Assembly: GCA_942493105.1 (NCBI GenBank)
Contig: OW818668.1
Location: forward strand, 1,740,001-1,772,000
DNA from: an uncultured Erysipelotrichaceae bacterium
Lineage (GTDB): Bacteria; Bacillota_I; Bacilli_A; Erysipelotrichales; Erysipelotrichaceae
DNA length: 32,000 nucleotides
Direction of reading: 5' to 3'
Shown: one piece after another, positions 1 through 9,945 of the stretch
Position numbering within the stretch: the first letter of the stretch is position 1
How the letters are laid out: the number at the start of each line of letters is the position of its first letter
The notes under the pieces: model-generated
What the model was told of the DNA's origin: nothing
What the model saw: the letters and a program-made list of their open reading frames with translations, nothing else
The model's database searches: none
Program-made: the position numbers and the translations under genes

Positions 1-602
1 TCACGGATCAATTCACGACATTGATCCACCTGTAAGATCCCATACGTCGGCATCACATTTTCACACATGAGATAATCAATTTTAGCATTCTTAAAGATGG
101 CAGCTATTTCATCTTGACACGACTTGTTTCCGGCATAAATCACTGGAAAGTTTGGAGATAAGGTCGCAATCATTTTAGCGTTATGAATCACCACATCAGA
201 ATTGCCGCCATCTGTACCACCGCAAAGTAATAATATGTCACACTGAGCATTTTCAAGTTCTTTGAGTTCACGTTGATTCAGTTCAAATGAATATGAACCG
301 ATAACTTTAGCACCAGCACTATAACACGCCAAAGTCGCAGCTTTTAGGGTCAAATCAGGCACCAAACCAATCGCAATCATCTTCAATCCACCTTTAGCTG
401 AACTGCAAACTAAGGTTTGATCAATAGAAACATTATCTAAGATGTTCGCCATTTTATGTTTGACCCGTTCAAGTCCTATGGCGATATCTGTTGTTGCCGT
501 TGTCAGATCACTGGCACTGGCTAATATTTCGTCACTTTGGGTATCAACAATACAACCTTTGGTATATGTCGATCCCACATCAAATAAAAGATAGGTCGGC
601 AT
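1..602 (-). CDS. glmL: Glutamate mutase accessory protein GlmL/MutL, N-terminal ~200 aa; the gene runs off the left edge
   Basis: Not in the ORF track because it is truncated. My hand translation of the reverse strand from ATG at 602-600 stays open to position 1: MPTYLLFDVGSTYTKGCIVD...LLLCGGTDGGNSDVV...VIYAGNK. The DxGSTxTK and GGTDGG motifs are ASKHA-like. The ATG directly abuts the glmS stop (TAA ATG). Its position after glmS matches the clostridial glmS-glmL-glmE order. Confidence 0.7.
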   Translation of the reverse strand, partial: MPTYLLFDVGSTYTKGCIVDTQSDEILASASDLTTATTDIAIGLERVKHKMANILDNVSIDQTLVCSSAKGGLKMIAIGLVPDLTLKAATLACYSAGAKVIGSYSFELNQRELKELENAQCDILLLCGGTDGGNSDVVIHNAKMIATLSPNFPVIYAGNKSCQDEIAAIFKNAKIDYLMCENVMPTYGILQVDQCRELIR

Positions 603-1019
603 TTAGGCAGTGATCCCCAAATCATGTTTCAGATCTTCAATACCCTGATTGATGTCACTTCCAGGTGGATATACCCGATTAAATCCCATTGCAATATATT
701 TCTCTTCTACAGGTTTAAAATCAGATTTGCCTATGACTAAATTACCGCCAACATACAATAAAACATCAGATAACCCAGCTTCTTTACAATAGTCACCAAA
801 ACCTCGACAATCCAATTCTCCTTGTCCATATAAACTGGATACAAAAATAGCTCTCGCATTGGTTTCGATTGCAGCATCTACAAACTCCTTTTGTGAAACC
901 ATGACACCTAAATTGACCACATTGAATCCAGCATGATCAAGTGCAAATTCAATGATACGATTTCCTACAGCATGGACATCGGCTCCAATGACCCCGATTA
1001 CAACCGTTACTTTTTCCAT
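603..1019 (-). CDS. glmS: Glutamate (methylaspartate) mutase sigma subunit, cobalamin-binding
   Basis: 138 aa, the size typical of GlmS/MutS. It has the base-off/His-on B12 motif DxHxxG (GADVHAVGN) near the N-terminus and a Rossmann-like B12-binding domain pattern ([15 protein letters not shown]). RBS AAGGAG lies 6 nt upstream. Confidence 0.9.
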   Translation of the reverse strand: MEKVTVVIGVIGADVHAVGNRIIEFALDHAGFNVVNLGVMVSQKEFVDAAIETNARAIFVSSLYGQGELDCRGFGDYCKEAGLSDVLLYVGGNLVIGKSDFKPVEEKYIAMGFNRVYPPGSDINQGIEDLKHDLGITA

Positions 1020-1028
1020 GAACGCTCC

Positions 1029-1949
1029 TTAATCACCAAAGTGATTGATTTTATGAATATCTTGAATTGCATCTGATGAAACCATGCCTACCAACTCAAA
1101 ACATTGCTTCTGTGGATCAAAAACAAAATCATCCAAGAGATGGAAATTTTCAATTTGTTTGGTGGAATTCACATGAGTTCGAGGGCCAGTACAGTATTGG
1201 ATGATTTCACTTCCAATTTTGATATGTGTTGGATCCAAATAGCTGATGATCAAGTCTTGCTGAATAAGTGATTTGACTTTCTTTTCCAGGACACCTAAAG
1301 AAACTCTCGGTTTTTTATTGAAAGATAAGATGAATCCATGTTTAACATCCCCATGTCCATCACATAAAACTTGATACTCACTCTCTAAGATATGAACCAA
1401 TAAATCCTCAGCACTGTGAGCCATCCTCCGATATAACAACGATTTATACACCGTATTTTTGATGTCTGAAGGTTCAGGTCCAAATAAATTGGGTCGGGCT
1501 ACGATCACTTCTTCTCCTATCCCAATTAAAATATCTCCATTAATTCCCAGTTGTTCATAAACAGAATCAAAATGTTCGACGATCACACGTCTTTTTTCAC
1601 TCAATGCAGCCTTGATTGCATCGATCAACTCATAAGCTTGAGAGAAAGCCAATTCAAATCTCAAATCGATATGATAAGTATGCGCAATGAATTTGTGTTT
1701 TGAATGATCACGCATCAAAGGTGCAGGTCGTGTATTGATTCCATCATCATCGTTGGTCAATTCAAGACCGGGAAACATCCCTTTGATTAAAAGTGACTTG
1801 CCGCTTCCTGCATCGCCGATGATGCCGATCAATTTATCGGTCGGCAACAGATACATCTGTGAGATTTGATTCCCTAGATTTTGCATACGCTGACTTCCTC
1901 TAGGGGCAAAAAAGGTGGCATATCTTAATTGTTCAATACTTGGGCTCAT
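1029..1949 (-). CDS. Walker-A (P-loop) NTPase of unknown function, first gene of the glmS operon
   Basis: 306-aa ORF with Walker A GDAGSGKS and a possible Walker B (RRVIVEHFD). RBS AAGGAG lies upstream of the ATG at 1949. Its stop is 9 nt before the glmS ATG, and the glmS RBS overlaps that stop. I do not recognise the family. Confidence 0.6.
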   Translation of the reverse strand: MSPSIEQLRYATFFAPRGSQRMQNLGNQISQMYLLPTDKLIGIIGDAGSGKSLLIKGMFPGLELTNDDDGINTRPAPLMRDHSKHKFIAHTYHIDLRFELAFSQAYELIDAIKAALSEKRRVIVEHFDSVYEQLGINGDILIGIGEEVIVARPNLFGPEPSDIKNTVYKSLLYRRMAHSAEDLLVHILESEYQVLCDGHGDVKHGFILSFNKKPRVSLGVLEKKVKSLIQQDLIISYLDPTHIKIGSEIIQYCTGPRTHVNSTKQIENFHLLDDFVFDPQKQCFELVGMVSSDAIQDIHKINHFGD

Positions 1950-1981
1950 GGATTAAACTCCTTAAGTTGATTTAGATAACG

Positions 1982-2008
1982 AAAAAACAAGAATGTTCTT
2001 CTTGTTTT
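1982..2008 (-). terminator. AT-rich hairpin plus U-run inside the leader of the P-loop/glmS operon; either a terminator for the malic-enzyme unit or an attenuator
   Basis: aaaacaagaa (1984-1993) pairs with ttcttgtttt (1999-2008) around a 5-nt loop. On the minus sense the stem runs into further U residues. Only 2 GC pairs, so the structure is weak. Confidence 0.35.
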
Positions 2009-2041
2009 ACTGGATAAGAATGTTGTTTTAAGTAAGTACGC

Positions 2042-2070
2042 ATTATGGTAATAATGGTCTCCTTGGTCAA
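2042..2070 (-). promoter_or_regulatory. Candidate sigma-A promoter, TTGACC-17 nt-CATAAT
   Basis: The reverse strand reads TTGACC (2070-2065), a 17-nt spacer, then CATAAT (2047-2042). This lies about 95 nt upstream of the P-loop gene ATG. Confidence 0.4.
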
Positions 2071-2125
2071 TTTAAGTGTATCACTTCTATCCACAAGAAA
2101 CAATTTCATAAGTTTGAAATCACCC

Positions 2126-3304
2126 TTAAGCAACTCTGATCATTCCTGTTTCAATCGCGACTCTTTTAACTTCTTGGGCAACGGCTTGGGATACACGTGG
2201 ATCAAAAACAGAAGGTATGATGTAGTCTGGACGAAGTTCTTCATCTTTGATCAGCGATGCCAAGCCATATGCAGCAGCTAATTTCATGGGTTCAGTGATT
2301 TGGGTGGCTTTCGCATCCAATGCACCTCTGAATAAGCCCGGGAACACCAAGACATTATTGACTTGATTGGGCATATCTGAACGGCCTGTCCCAATGATAT
2401 AGGCACCGCCTGCTTTTGCTTCTTCGACCGTAATTTCAGGTTCTGGATTAGCTAAAGCAAATACGATGGGGTCTTTACTCATGGTTTTTATCATATCTGA
2501 AGTCACTAAACGAGGTGCAGATACCCCAATAAACACATCAGCACCAACAAGTGCCTGGGCAAGTGTCAGATTTTCATCGTTTGGATTGGTAAATTCTGCT
2601 AATTCTTTCGTCAAAAAGTCTGCTGAAAGATTACTGCGACGAACAACCCCTTCTTTAGAAAATCCATAGATATTCTTAACACCCAATTGCTTAAGCATGA
2701 ACATCACTGAACTGCCTGCAGCACCTGCCCCGCTCACAACTACTTTTATGTTTTTAAAATCCTTATGGACCAGTTTCAACGCATTGATAAGACCCGCTGC
2801 GACAACAATCGCTGTACCATGCTGATCATCATGAAAAACAGGGATATCCAGCTCTTTCTTAAGTGCTCGTTCAATTTCAACACATCTGGGTGCAGAAATA
2901 TCTTCAAGATTAAATCCGCCAAAGGCAGGAGCCAATGCTTTACATATGGCTATGATTTCCTTGGGATCTTTGGTATCCAAGGCGATAGGGACGGCATCAA
3001 TATCCGCAAAGGCCTTAAACAAGGCACATTTCCCTTCCATGACTGGTAAAGAAGCTTTAGGACCGATATCACCTAAACCTAAAACAGCTGTCCCATCGGT
3101 TATAACCGCCACCATGTTGCCTTTTGAAGTATAGGTATAAACATCTTCAGGATTTTTAGCGATGGCACGGCAAGGTTCTGCAACCCCAGGTGTGTAAGCT
3201 AAACTTAACTCTTCTTTATTGGTGATATCACATTTTAAAGCGATACTGAGCTTGCCCTTCCATTTAGCATGAGCCAGCAATGATTTTTCGTAGATTGTAG
3301 ACAT
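2126..3304 (-). CDS. NAD(P)-dependent malic enzyme (short, single-domain form)
   Basis: 392 aa with family hallmarks LAYTPGVA, VITDGTAVLGLGDIG, PVMEGK, FGGFNLEDI, FHDDQHGTA, GAGAAG and LANPxPEI. RBS AGGAGG precedes the ATG. Confidence 0.9.
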   Translation of the reverse strand: MSTIYEKSLLAHAKWKGKLSIALKCDITNKEELSLAYTPGVAEPCRAIAKNPEDVYTYTSKGNMVAVITDGTAVLGLGDIGPKASLPVMEGKCALFKAFADIDAVPIALDTKDPKEIIAICKALAPAFGGFNLEDISAPRCVEIERALKKELDIPVFHDDQHGTAIVVAAGLINALKLVHKDFKNIKVVVSGAGAAGSSVMFMLKQLGVKNIYGFSKEGVVRRSNLSADFLTKELAEFTNPNDENLTLAQALVGADVFIGVSAPRLVTSDMIKTMSKDPIVFALANPEPEITVEEAKAGGAYIIGTGRSDMPNQVNNVLVFPGLFRGALDAKATQITEPMKLAAAYGLASLIKDEELRPDYIIPSVFDPRVSQAVAQEVKRVAIETGMIRVA

Positions 3305-3324
3305 GGTTCCTCCTGTGTTAAACC

Positions 3325-3879
3325 TTAAATCGATTTATATTTGGCTTGTTCTTGTTGATAAAGATTATTTCCAAATGCATCAATAACAACGATGGCTGGA
3401 AAATCTTTGACCCAGAAACGTTGTATGGCTTCAGTCCCAAGATCTTCATAACATAATGTCTCTGACTTCAAAATGCTTTTAGAAATCGTTGCCCCAAGTC
3501 CTCCAATGGCAACGAAATAAATGGCTTTATTTCGAATGATGGCGTCAATGACTTCAGGACTTCGATCCCCTTTTCCAATCATGCCTTTTAAACCTTTATC
3601 CAATAGAGTTGGTGTATAAGCATCCATCCGATAACTTGACGTAGGACCAGCAGATCCAACCGCATGACCTGGTTTTGCTGGAGCAGGTCCAACATAATAA
3701 ATAACTTCGCCTTTGAGTTCAACAGGACAAGTTTGCCCACTCATAAAACAATCAAATAAACGTTTGTGTGCTGCATCTCTTCCAGTAAGCATGGTTCCAC
3801 TTAGAAACACAGTATCTCCAGCATGTAATGTCATGATTGTTTCTTCACTGAGCGGCAATTGAATGAATTTTTCTTTCAT
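3325..3879 (-). CDS. Fe-S hydro-lyase beta subunit, class-I fumarate / tartrate / mesaconate hydratase family
   Basis: The conserved core GTMLTGRDAAHKRL...YYVGPAP...GPTSSYRMD...MIGKGDR matches the FumA C-terminal/TtdB domain. I chose the internal ATG at 3879 (MKEKFIQLPL). The track's upstream extension to 3978 overlaps the alpha-subunit gene. Confidence 0.85.
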   Translation of the reverse strand: MKEKFIQLPLSEETIMTLHAGDTVFLSGTMLTGRDAAHKRLFDCFMSGQTCPVELKGEVIYYVGPAPAKPGHAVGSAGPTSSYRMDAYTPTLLDKGLKGMIGKGDRSPEVIDAIIRNKAIYFVAIGGLGATISKSILKSETLCYEDLGTEAIQRFWVKDFPAIVVIDAFGNNLYQQEQAKYKSI

Positions 3880-3889
3880 AGTTTTGACC

Positions 3890-4735
3890 TCAAAGTATCT
3901 TAGAAGCATGTCTAGAGACATGACAGCAAATATTGATGGCAACTGGAATTGAGGCGATATGGGTTGGATAATGCTCAATATTGACGGATATGGCTGTTGT
4001 TGAGCCGCCCAGTCCCGCAGGACCGATGCCCAACTGATTGATGTCTAGAAGCAATTCTTTTTCCAGTTGAGCATACTTTGGATGAGGATTGTTTTGATCG
4101 ACACCTCTTAGTAAAGCTCTTTTAGAGATCAAAGCTGCTTGTTCAAAAGTCCCTCCAATACCCACTCCGACAATGATCGGTGGACAGGCATTTGGACCTG
4201 CTTTTTCAATAGTATCCAAAATAAACTTCTTGACTCCGCTAATTCCAGCTGAAGGTGGAAACATTTTTAGTGTGCTCATGTTTTCACTTCCAAATCCTTT
4301 AGGCATTACTTCTATTTTGATGTGATCCCCAGAAACAATCGTCGTATGTATCACAGCAGGAGTATTATCTTTAGTGTTGATTCGATCAAAAAGCGGATCA
4401 TCAACAACAGATTTCCGCAAGAATCCATCTTGATAAGCTAACCTTACGCCTTGATGAATGGCCTCATTGAAATCTCCGCCAACCAAAGATACTTCCTGAC
4501 CAAGTTCAACAAAAACAACAGTCATCCCTGTATCTTGACAAATCGCAACACCTTCAAGCTTTGCCAATTTATCATTATCGATCATTTGTTTAAGAACTGT
4601 TTTTCCTAAAGGCGAACGCTCATCTCCTAAACGAGTTTCTAGCATCTTAAGCATGGACTCTCCAATATCAAAATTCGCTTTAAGACAAAGTTCCTTGACT
4701 GTTTCTGTGATCAAATCAATATGAATGTTTCTCAT
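3890..4735 (-). CDS. Fe-S hydro-lyase alpha subunit, class-I fumarate / tartrate / mesaconate hydratase family
   Basis: 281 aa. It carries ICQDTG, GGxFEQAA, GPAGLGG and CxH motifs typical of the FumA N-terminal/TtdA domain. Its stop is 10 nt upstream of the beta-subunit start. Confidence 0.85.
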   Translation of the reverse strand: MRNIHIDLITETVKELCLKANFDIGESMLKMLETRLGDERSPLGKTVLKQMIDNDKLAKLEGVAICQDTGMTVVFVELGQEVSLVGGDFNEAIHQGVRLAYQDGFLRKSVVDDPLFDRINTKDNTPAVIHTTIVSGDHIKIEVMPKGFGSENMSTLKMFPPSAGISGVKKFILDTIEKAGPNACPPIIVGVGIGGTFEQAALISKRALLRGVDQNNPHPKYAQLEKELLLDINQLGIGPAGLGGSTTAISVNIEHYPTHIASIPVAINICCHVSRHASKIL

Positions 4736-4833
4736 TGAGTTCTCCTAAAGAGTAAAACTTGGTTGAATATAATGCATCTTATTTATTATACTCTGTCAGT
4801 CCGGCTTTTTATAGTATCCAAAAGTCGGACAGC

Positions 4834-5460
4834 TTATTCTTTGATGATGATACCCAATAAAGTTGCGATTCCTACTGCTTGATGCGCATCAAGTATCAAA
4901 CCTTTTAAGTGATTTGGACTTAATCGAAGTCCCTGTATCTTACATCCAGACAGATCCATTTTAGCTAAGGATGTATTTATAAAATCAGATTGAGTAAAAT
5001 CAACATTACTTGTTTCAAAATCACTTTGAGTACAAGACTGAAAAGCACTTTCTGACAGATTACAATCATATATTCTTACATTCTCAAACTGACTTTCACT
5101 AAAATCGGAGAGTGGAAAAGACCCATTTCTAAAAGTCGTATATTTAAACTTCGATTTACGAAAAATACTTCCTGTTCCTTTACAATGCTCAAACTGGACA
5201 CGCATGTATAAACTCTGACTCAATTCAAGATTAGAAAAGTCACAGTGACTAAAGATACAGTCAATGAAGTTGACTTTAATCAAGTTGCCACCAAAATGGA
5301 CACGATTGAAGCGACACCCATTAAATTCAACGATAAGATCGCTTACCAGATTCACATTATAAAAATCAAAATCAACGTATCTTCCATCATCTGGTTTAAT
5401 ATGGTTATAGGGAATGATATCAGCAGACAATATGGGTAAATAACGATCAACTTTCGCCAT
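4834..5460 (-). CDS. Pentapeptide-repeat protein, Qnr/EfsQnr-like
   Basis: About 208 aa made almost entirely of A(D/N)LxF-type pentapeptide repeats (CRFNRVHFGGNLIKVNFIDCIFSHCDFSNLELS...). The C-terminal tail LSPNHLKGLILDAHQAVGIATLLGIIIKE resembles the dimerisation tail of Qnr proteins. I chose the start at the third codon (5460) because of GGAG spacing. Confidence 0.85.
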   Translation of the reverse strand: MAKVDRYLPILSADIIPYNHIKPDDGRYVDFDFYNVNLVSDLIVEFNGCRFNRVHFGGNLIKVNFIDCIFSHCDFSNLELSQSLYMRVQFEHCKGTGSIFRKSKFKYTTFRNGSFPLSDFSESQFENVRIYDCNLSESAFQSCTQSDFETSNVDFTQSDFINTSLAKMDLSGCKIQGLRLSPNHLKGLILDAHQAVGIATLLGIIIKE

Positions 5461-5696
5461 GATCATGCTCCGATCTATAAATACTTTTCTATCAATGATT
5501 ATGTCACTGTTTATATTATAAAGTGAATAGCCAAGCTTTACCTGTTCATTTGCAGCTATTTTTTAAAGTTTATGGTTCCTTGAAGTGATTGACCAATAAA
5601 ACACTGACAAACTCATAAATTCCCTAACATTAAACCCTTTTATGAACTTGTAATTGTTTGACCAGGCGTTAAAATATAAGAGAAAGTGAGAACCCT

Positions 5697-6665
5697 ATGC
5701 CAACCCCTCCCATTAAAAGCAATTTGAAATCTAGAAAAATCATTGAGGAACCGCTTAAGAACTTACGCTGGCCGTATATGAAAGTATTACGTGAAACCAG
5801 TAATATGCGCAGAGAATACAACATCAATCCCTACGCTGAAGTCTATCAATACCGTGATAATTTATATGCCATCTATACAGAGAGTTTTGATGGGGCTGGA
5901 GATCCTTGGATGTTTTTGATTGAAGGTCCAGAAAAAGCCATGTTGATCGACACTGGATTTGGAGTTGGAGATCTAAAAGGTTTATGTAAAGCCATCATCG
6001 GAGATAAACCTTTGATCGTTGCAAATACCCATTCTCATTTTGATCACGCTTATGGCAATTGTCAGTTTGAAACCTGTTACTGTCATGAATATGAAGTTCC
6101 CAGAATGCAATCAAAGAATAATCCAAATATCTGGGATTATCTGTTTGACGAAAATGGTAAACCGATTTATACCGAGTTTGATCGAGCAGATATCATTGAA
6201 TATCATAAATACGAAATCATAGGGGTTCCGGATGGCCATATCTTTGATTTAGGGCAAGGTTATGAAGTTGAACTTGTCCACCTTCCAGGACATACACCAG
6301 GGCAAGCTGGTTACTTTGATCATCACAACAAGACTTTCTTTGCCGGAGATACCAATGGGATCACCACAGCCCTTCCTGGTGAACCGTATGCTGAATTCTG
6401 TACAGTCACAGCCTTAAGAAATGCATTGTTGAAACTAAAACCTCGTTTTGAGGAGATCGAAGGAGTCTTCCCTGGTCATGGGATGCTTGATCAGCTTAGT
6501 TCATGCCTTCAAAACATTCTAACTACCTGTGAAAAAGTCATTGAAGATCCTAATAGATATGATGTTCGCAATGAAGTTGTCAGACATGGAAAAAAGATGG
6601 TCTTCTATACCCGTTACATCCCAGAATCCAGCGGTATTCGGTATACCATGGAGAATATCAAGTAA
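5697..6665 (+). CDS. MBL-fold metallo-hydrolase
   Basis: HxHxDH motif (THSHFDHAYGN), downstream metal ligands (LPGHTPG, GDT, PGHG) and the beta-lactamase-fold start MLIDTGFG. Confidence 0.8.
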   Translation: MPTPPIKSNLKSRKIIEEPLKNLRWPYMKVLRETSNMRREYNINPYAEVYQYRDNLYAIYTESFDGAGDPWMFLIEGPEKAMLIDTGFGVGDLKGLCKAIIGDKPLIVANTHSHFDHAYGNCQFETCYCHEYEVPRMQSKNNPNIWDYLFDENGKPIYTEFDRADIIEYHKYEIIGVPDGHIFDLGQGYEVELVHLPGHTPGQAGYFDHHNKTFFAGDTNGITTALPGEPYAEFCTVTALRNALLKLKPRFEEIEGVFPGHGMLDQLSSCLQNILTTCEKVIEDPNRYDVRNEVVRHGKKMVFYTRYIPESSGIRYTMENIK

Positions 6666-6675
6666 GCAACTGATT

Positions 6676-6701
6676 AAAGAGTGTTCAAAAGACACTTTTT
6701 A
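6676..6701 (+). terminator. Weak intrinsic terminator after the MBL gene
   Basis: Stem agtgt/acact (6680-6684 with 6692-6696), extendable by A-T pairs, followed by ttttt. Confidence 0.35.
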
Positions 6702-6850
6702 ATTGATACGTCTATCAAAGTTTTTATCTTTGCATAAATAGTCTTTTAATCTTTACCAAAATAACACCATCAATTGTGTTCACTAGCAAAGCATTAATGA
6801 CCCAGATAAGTTATAATGATTCCCATAAACAGGTAGAAACGGAAAAACTC

Positions 6851-8245
6851 ATGGAACATCACAATCCTTTAGGTGAAGATAAAATAAGTTCATTGCTGAT
6901 CAGATTCTCAGTCCCAGCGATTATTGGGATGCTGGTCAGTGCTTTATATAATATCGTCGATCGTATCTATATTGGAAATAGTCCAGAACTTGGATCATTT
7001 GGTTTGGCAGGTATAACCATAGGTTTTCCTTTGATGTTGATCCAATTGGCCATTGGTGTACTGTTTGGAGTCGGTGGAGCAACCTTGTTTTCAATGAGAC
7101 TCGGTCAAAAGCGACCCAAAGAAGCTGAACAAGTCTTAGGCAATGCCTTCTTTATGCTTATCTTGGCAAGCATGACCTATATGATCGTCGCCGAGATATT
7201 TCTTGAGCCTATTCTGATACTGTTTGGGGCAAGCCCAATTATTCTTCCCTACTCCCTTGAATACATGCGTATCATCTTTTTAGGTTCTACATTTCAAGTG
7301 CTCAGTATGGGACTCAATCATTTCATCAGAGCGGATGGTAGTCCTAAAATTGCGATGTATACCATGTTTTTAGGCGCTGGTATCAACATTATTCTAGATC
7401 CCATCTTCATTTATGGCTTTGGTTGGGGAATGATGGGAGCTGCTTTGGCTACCATCATCGCTCAAGGCATTTCCGCAACCTGGGTCGTTCTGTACTTTAT
7501 TGGTAAAAAAAGCCGCAATAAATTGCGAATGGTCAATATCTTTCCTAAAAAGACCATCTTATTGCGAATCACAGCACTAGGTCTTCCTGGTTTCTCGCTT
7601 CAAATTGCCAGCAGCCTATTAAATACGATCTTAAATCGATCTCTTTTTCAATATGGCGGAGATATTGCGGTATCAGGTATGGGTGTCATCAATAGTATCC
7701 AAACCTTTATGATCATGCCCATCATAGGATTAAACCAAGGAGTTCAGCCCATCATCAGTTTTAATTTCGGAGCCCAAAAATATGAACGTGTTAAAAGTGC
7801 GGTCAAACAAGCCATTTTTGCGGCAACGATCATAGTGTTAGCCGGTTTCATCGTGACGAGAATGTTCCCTGTTTTCTTAGTCTCTATTTTTAATCGAGAC
7901 CCAGAATTACTTAAATTTGGACAACATGCGATATTTGCTTGGTTCTTGATGTTACCTGTCGTTGGATTTCAAATCATCGCTTCGAATTTCTTTCAAGCCA
8001 TCGGTAAATCAAAAACAGCAATGTTTTTGACATTAACCCGCCAAGTCATATTATTGATTCCAGCCATCATTATTTTCCCTATGGTATGGGGTCTAGATGG
8101 TTTGCTTTTCGCAGCACCATTTGCTGATTTCTTGGCAGCAGCACTGACCGCCTACTTCTTCTGGAAAGTGTTACGTGAATTGACCCATCTTGTTCCTGAT
8201 AAGCACCCTGAGTATGTGACTGAGAGTTCTTTGGAAGTTTTATAA
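6851..8245 (+). CDS. MATE-family multidrug/sodium efflux transporter
   Basis: About 12 predicted TM helices. The N-terminus LLIRFSVPAIIGMLVSALYNIVDRIYIG is a typical MATE signature. The track ORF begins at a GTG (6776). I prefer the ATG at 6851, because a TATAAT at 6812-6817 would place the earlier starts upstream of the transcript. Confidence 0.85.
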   Translation: MEHHNPLGEDKISSLLIRFSVPAIIGMLVSALYNIVDRIYIGNSPELGSFGLAGITIGFPLMLIQLAIGVLFGVGGATLFSMRLGQKRPKEAEQVLGNAFFMLILASMTYMIVAEIFLEPILILFGASPIILPYSLEYMRIIFLGSTFQVLSMGLNHFIRADGSPKIAMYTMFLGAGINIILDPIFIYGFGWGMMGAALATIIAQGISATWVVLYFIGKKSRNKLRMVNIFPKKTILLRITALGLPGFSLQIASSLLNTILNRSLFQYGGDIAVSGMGVINSIQTFMIMPIIGLNQGVQPIISFNFGAQKYERVKSAVKQAIFAATIIVLAGFIVTRMFPVFLVSIFNRDPELLKFGQHAIFAWFLMLPVVGFQIIASNFFQAIGKSKTAMFLTLTRQVILLIPAIIIFPMVWGLDGLLFAAPFADFLAAALTAYFFWKVLRELTHLVPDKHPEYVTESSLEVL

Positions 8246-8342
8246 ATTCTATCCGTGATTAAGTGTTCTTGTTTAGGACAAAATAATGTCTCGTAAAGTT
8301 TTCTTCAAAAAATTAAACGTTAATAATTCAAATATACTATTT

Positions 8343-8371
8343 CAAAAAACAAACACTTTTAGGTGTTTGTT
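8343..8371 (-). terminator. Intrinsic terminator after glpK
   Basis: Minus sense reads acaaacac-ctaaaa-gtgtttgt followed by tttttt, starting right after the glpK stop. Confidence 0.55.
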
Positions 8372-9926
<1,555 letters not shown>

Positions 9927-9945
9927 TAGATATAACTGCAAATGA

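Noticed and set aside
1950-2125. Cobalamin riboswitch upstream of the B12-dependent mutase operon
   Set aside because: The leader is only ~95 nt, far shorter than a B12 riboswitch, and I see no B12-box-like conserved core.
2045-3134. Plus-strand ORFs 2045-2281, 2466-2669, 2765-3049 and 2946-3134 from the track
   Set aside because: All lie antisense within the well-supported malic enzyme gene. They have no RBS and low-complexity or odd composition. They are typical shadow ORFs.
3880-3978. N-terminal extensions of track ORFs: the hydro-lyase beta subunit (3880-3978), and likewise glpK (to 9898), the hydrolase (to 12060), ldh (from 13442), the permease (from 28123), the membrane protein (from 18457) and GH13 (to 31939)
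   Set aside because: In each case an internal ATG has a proper Shine-Dalgarno sequence and matches the usual family N-terminus. The extension overlaps the neighbouring gene, a terminator or the promoter.
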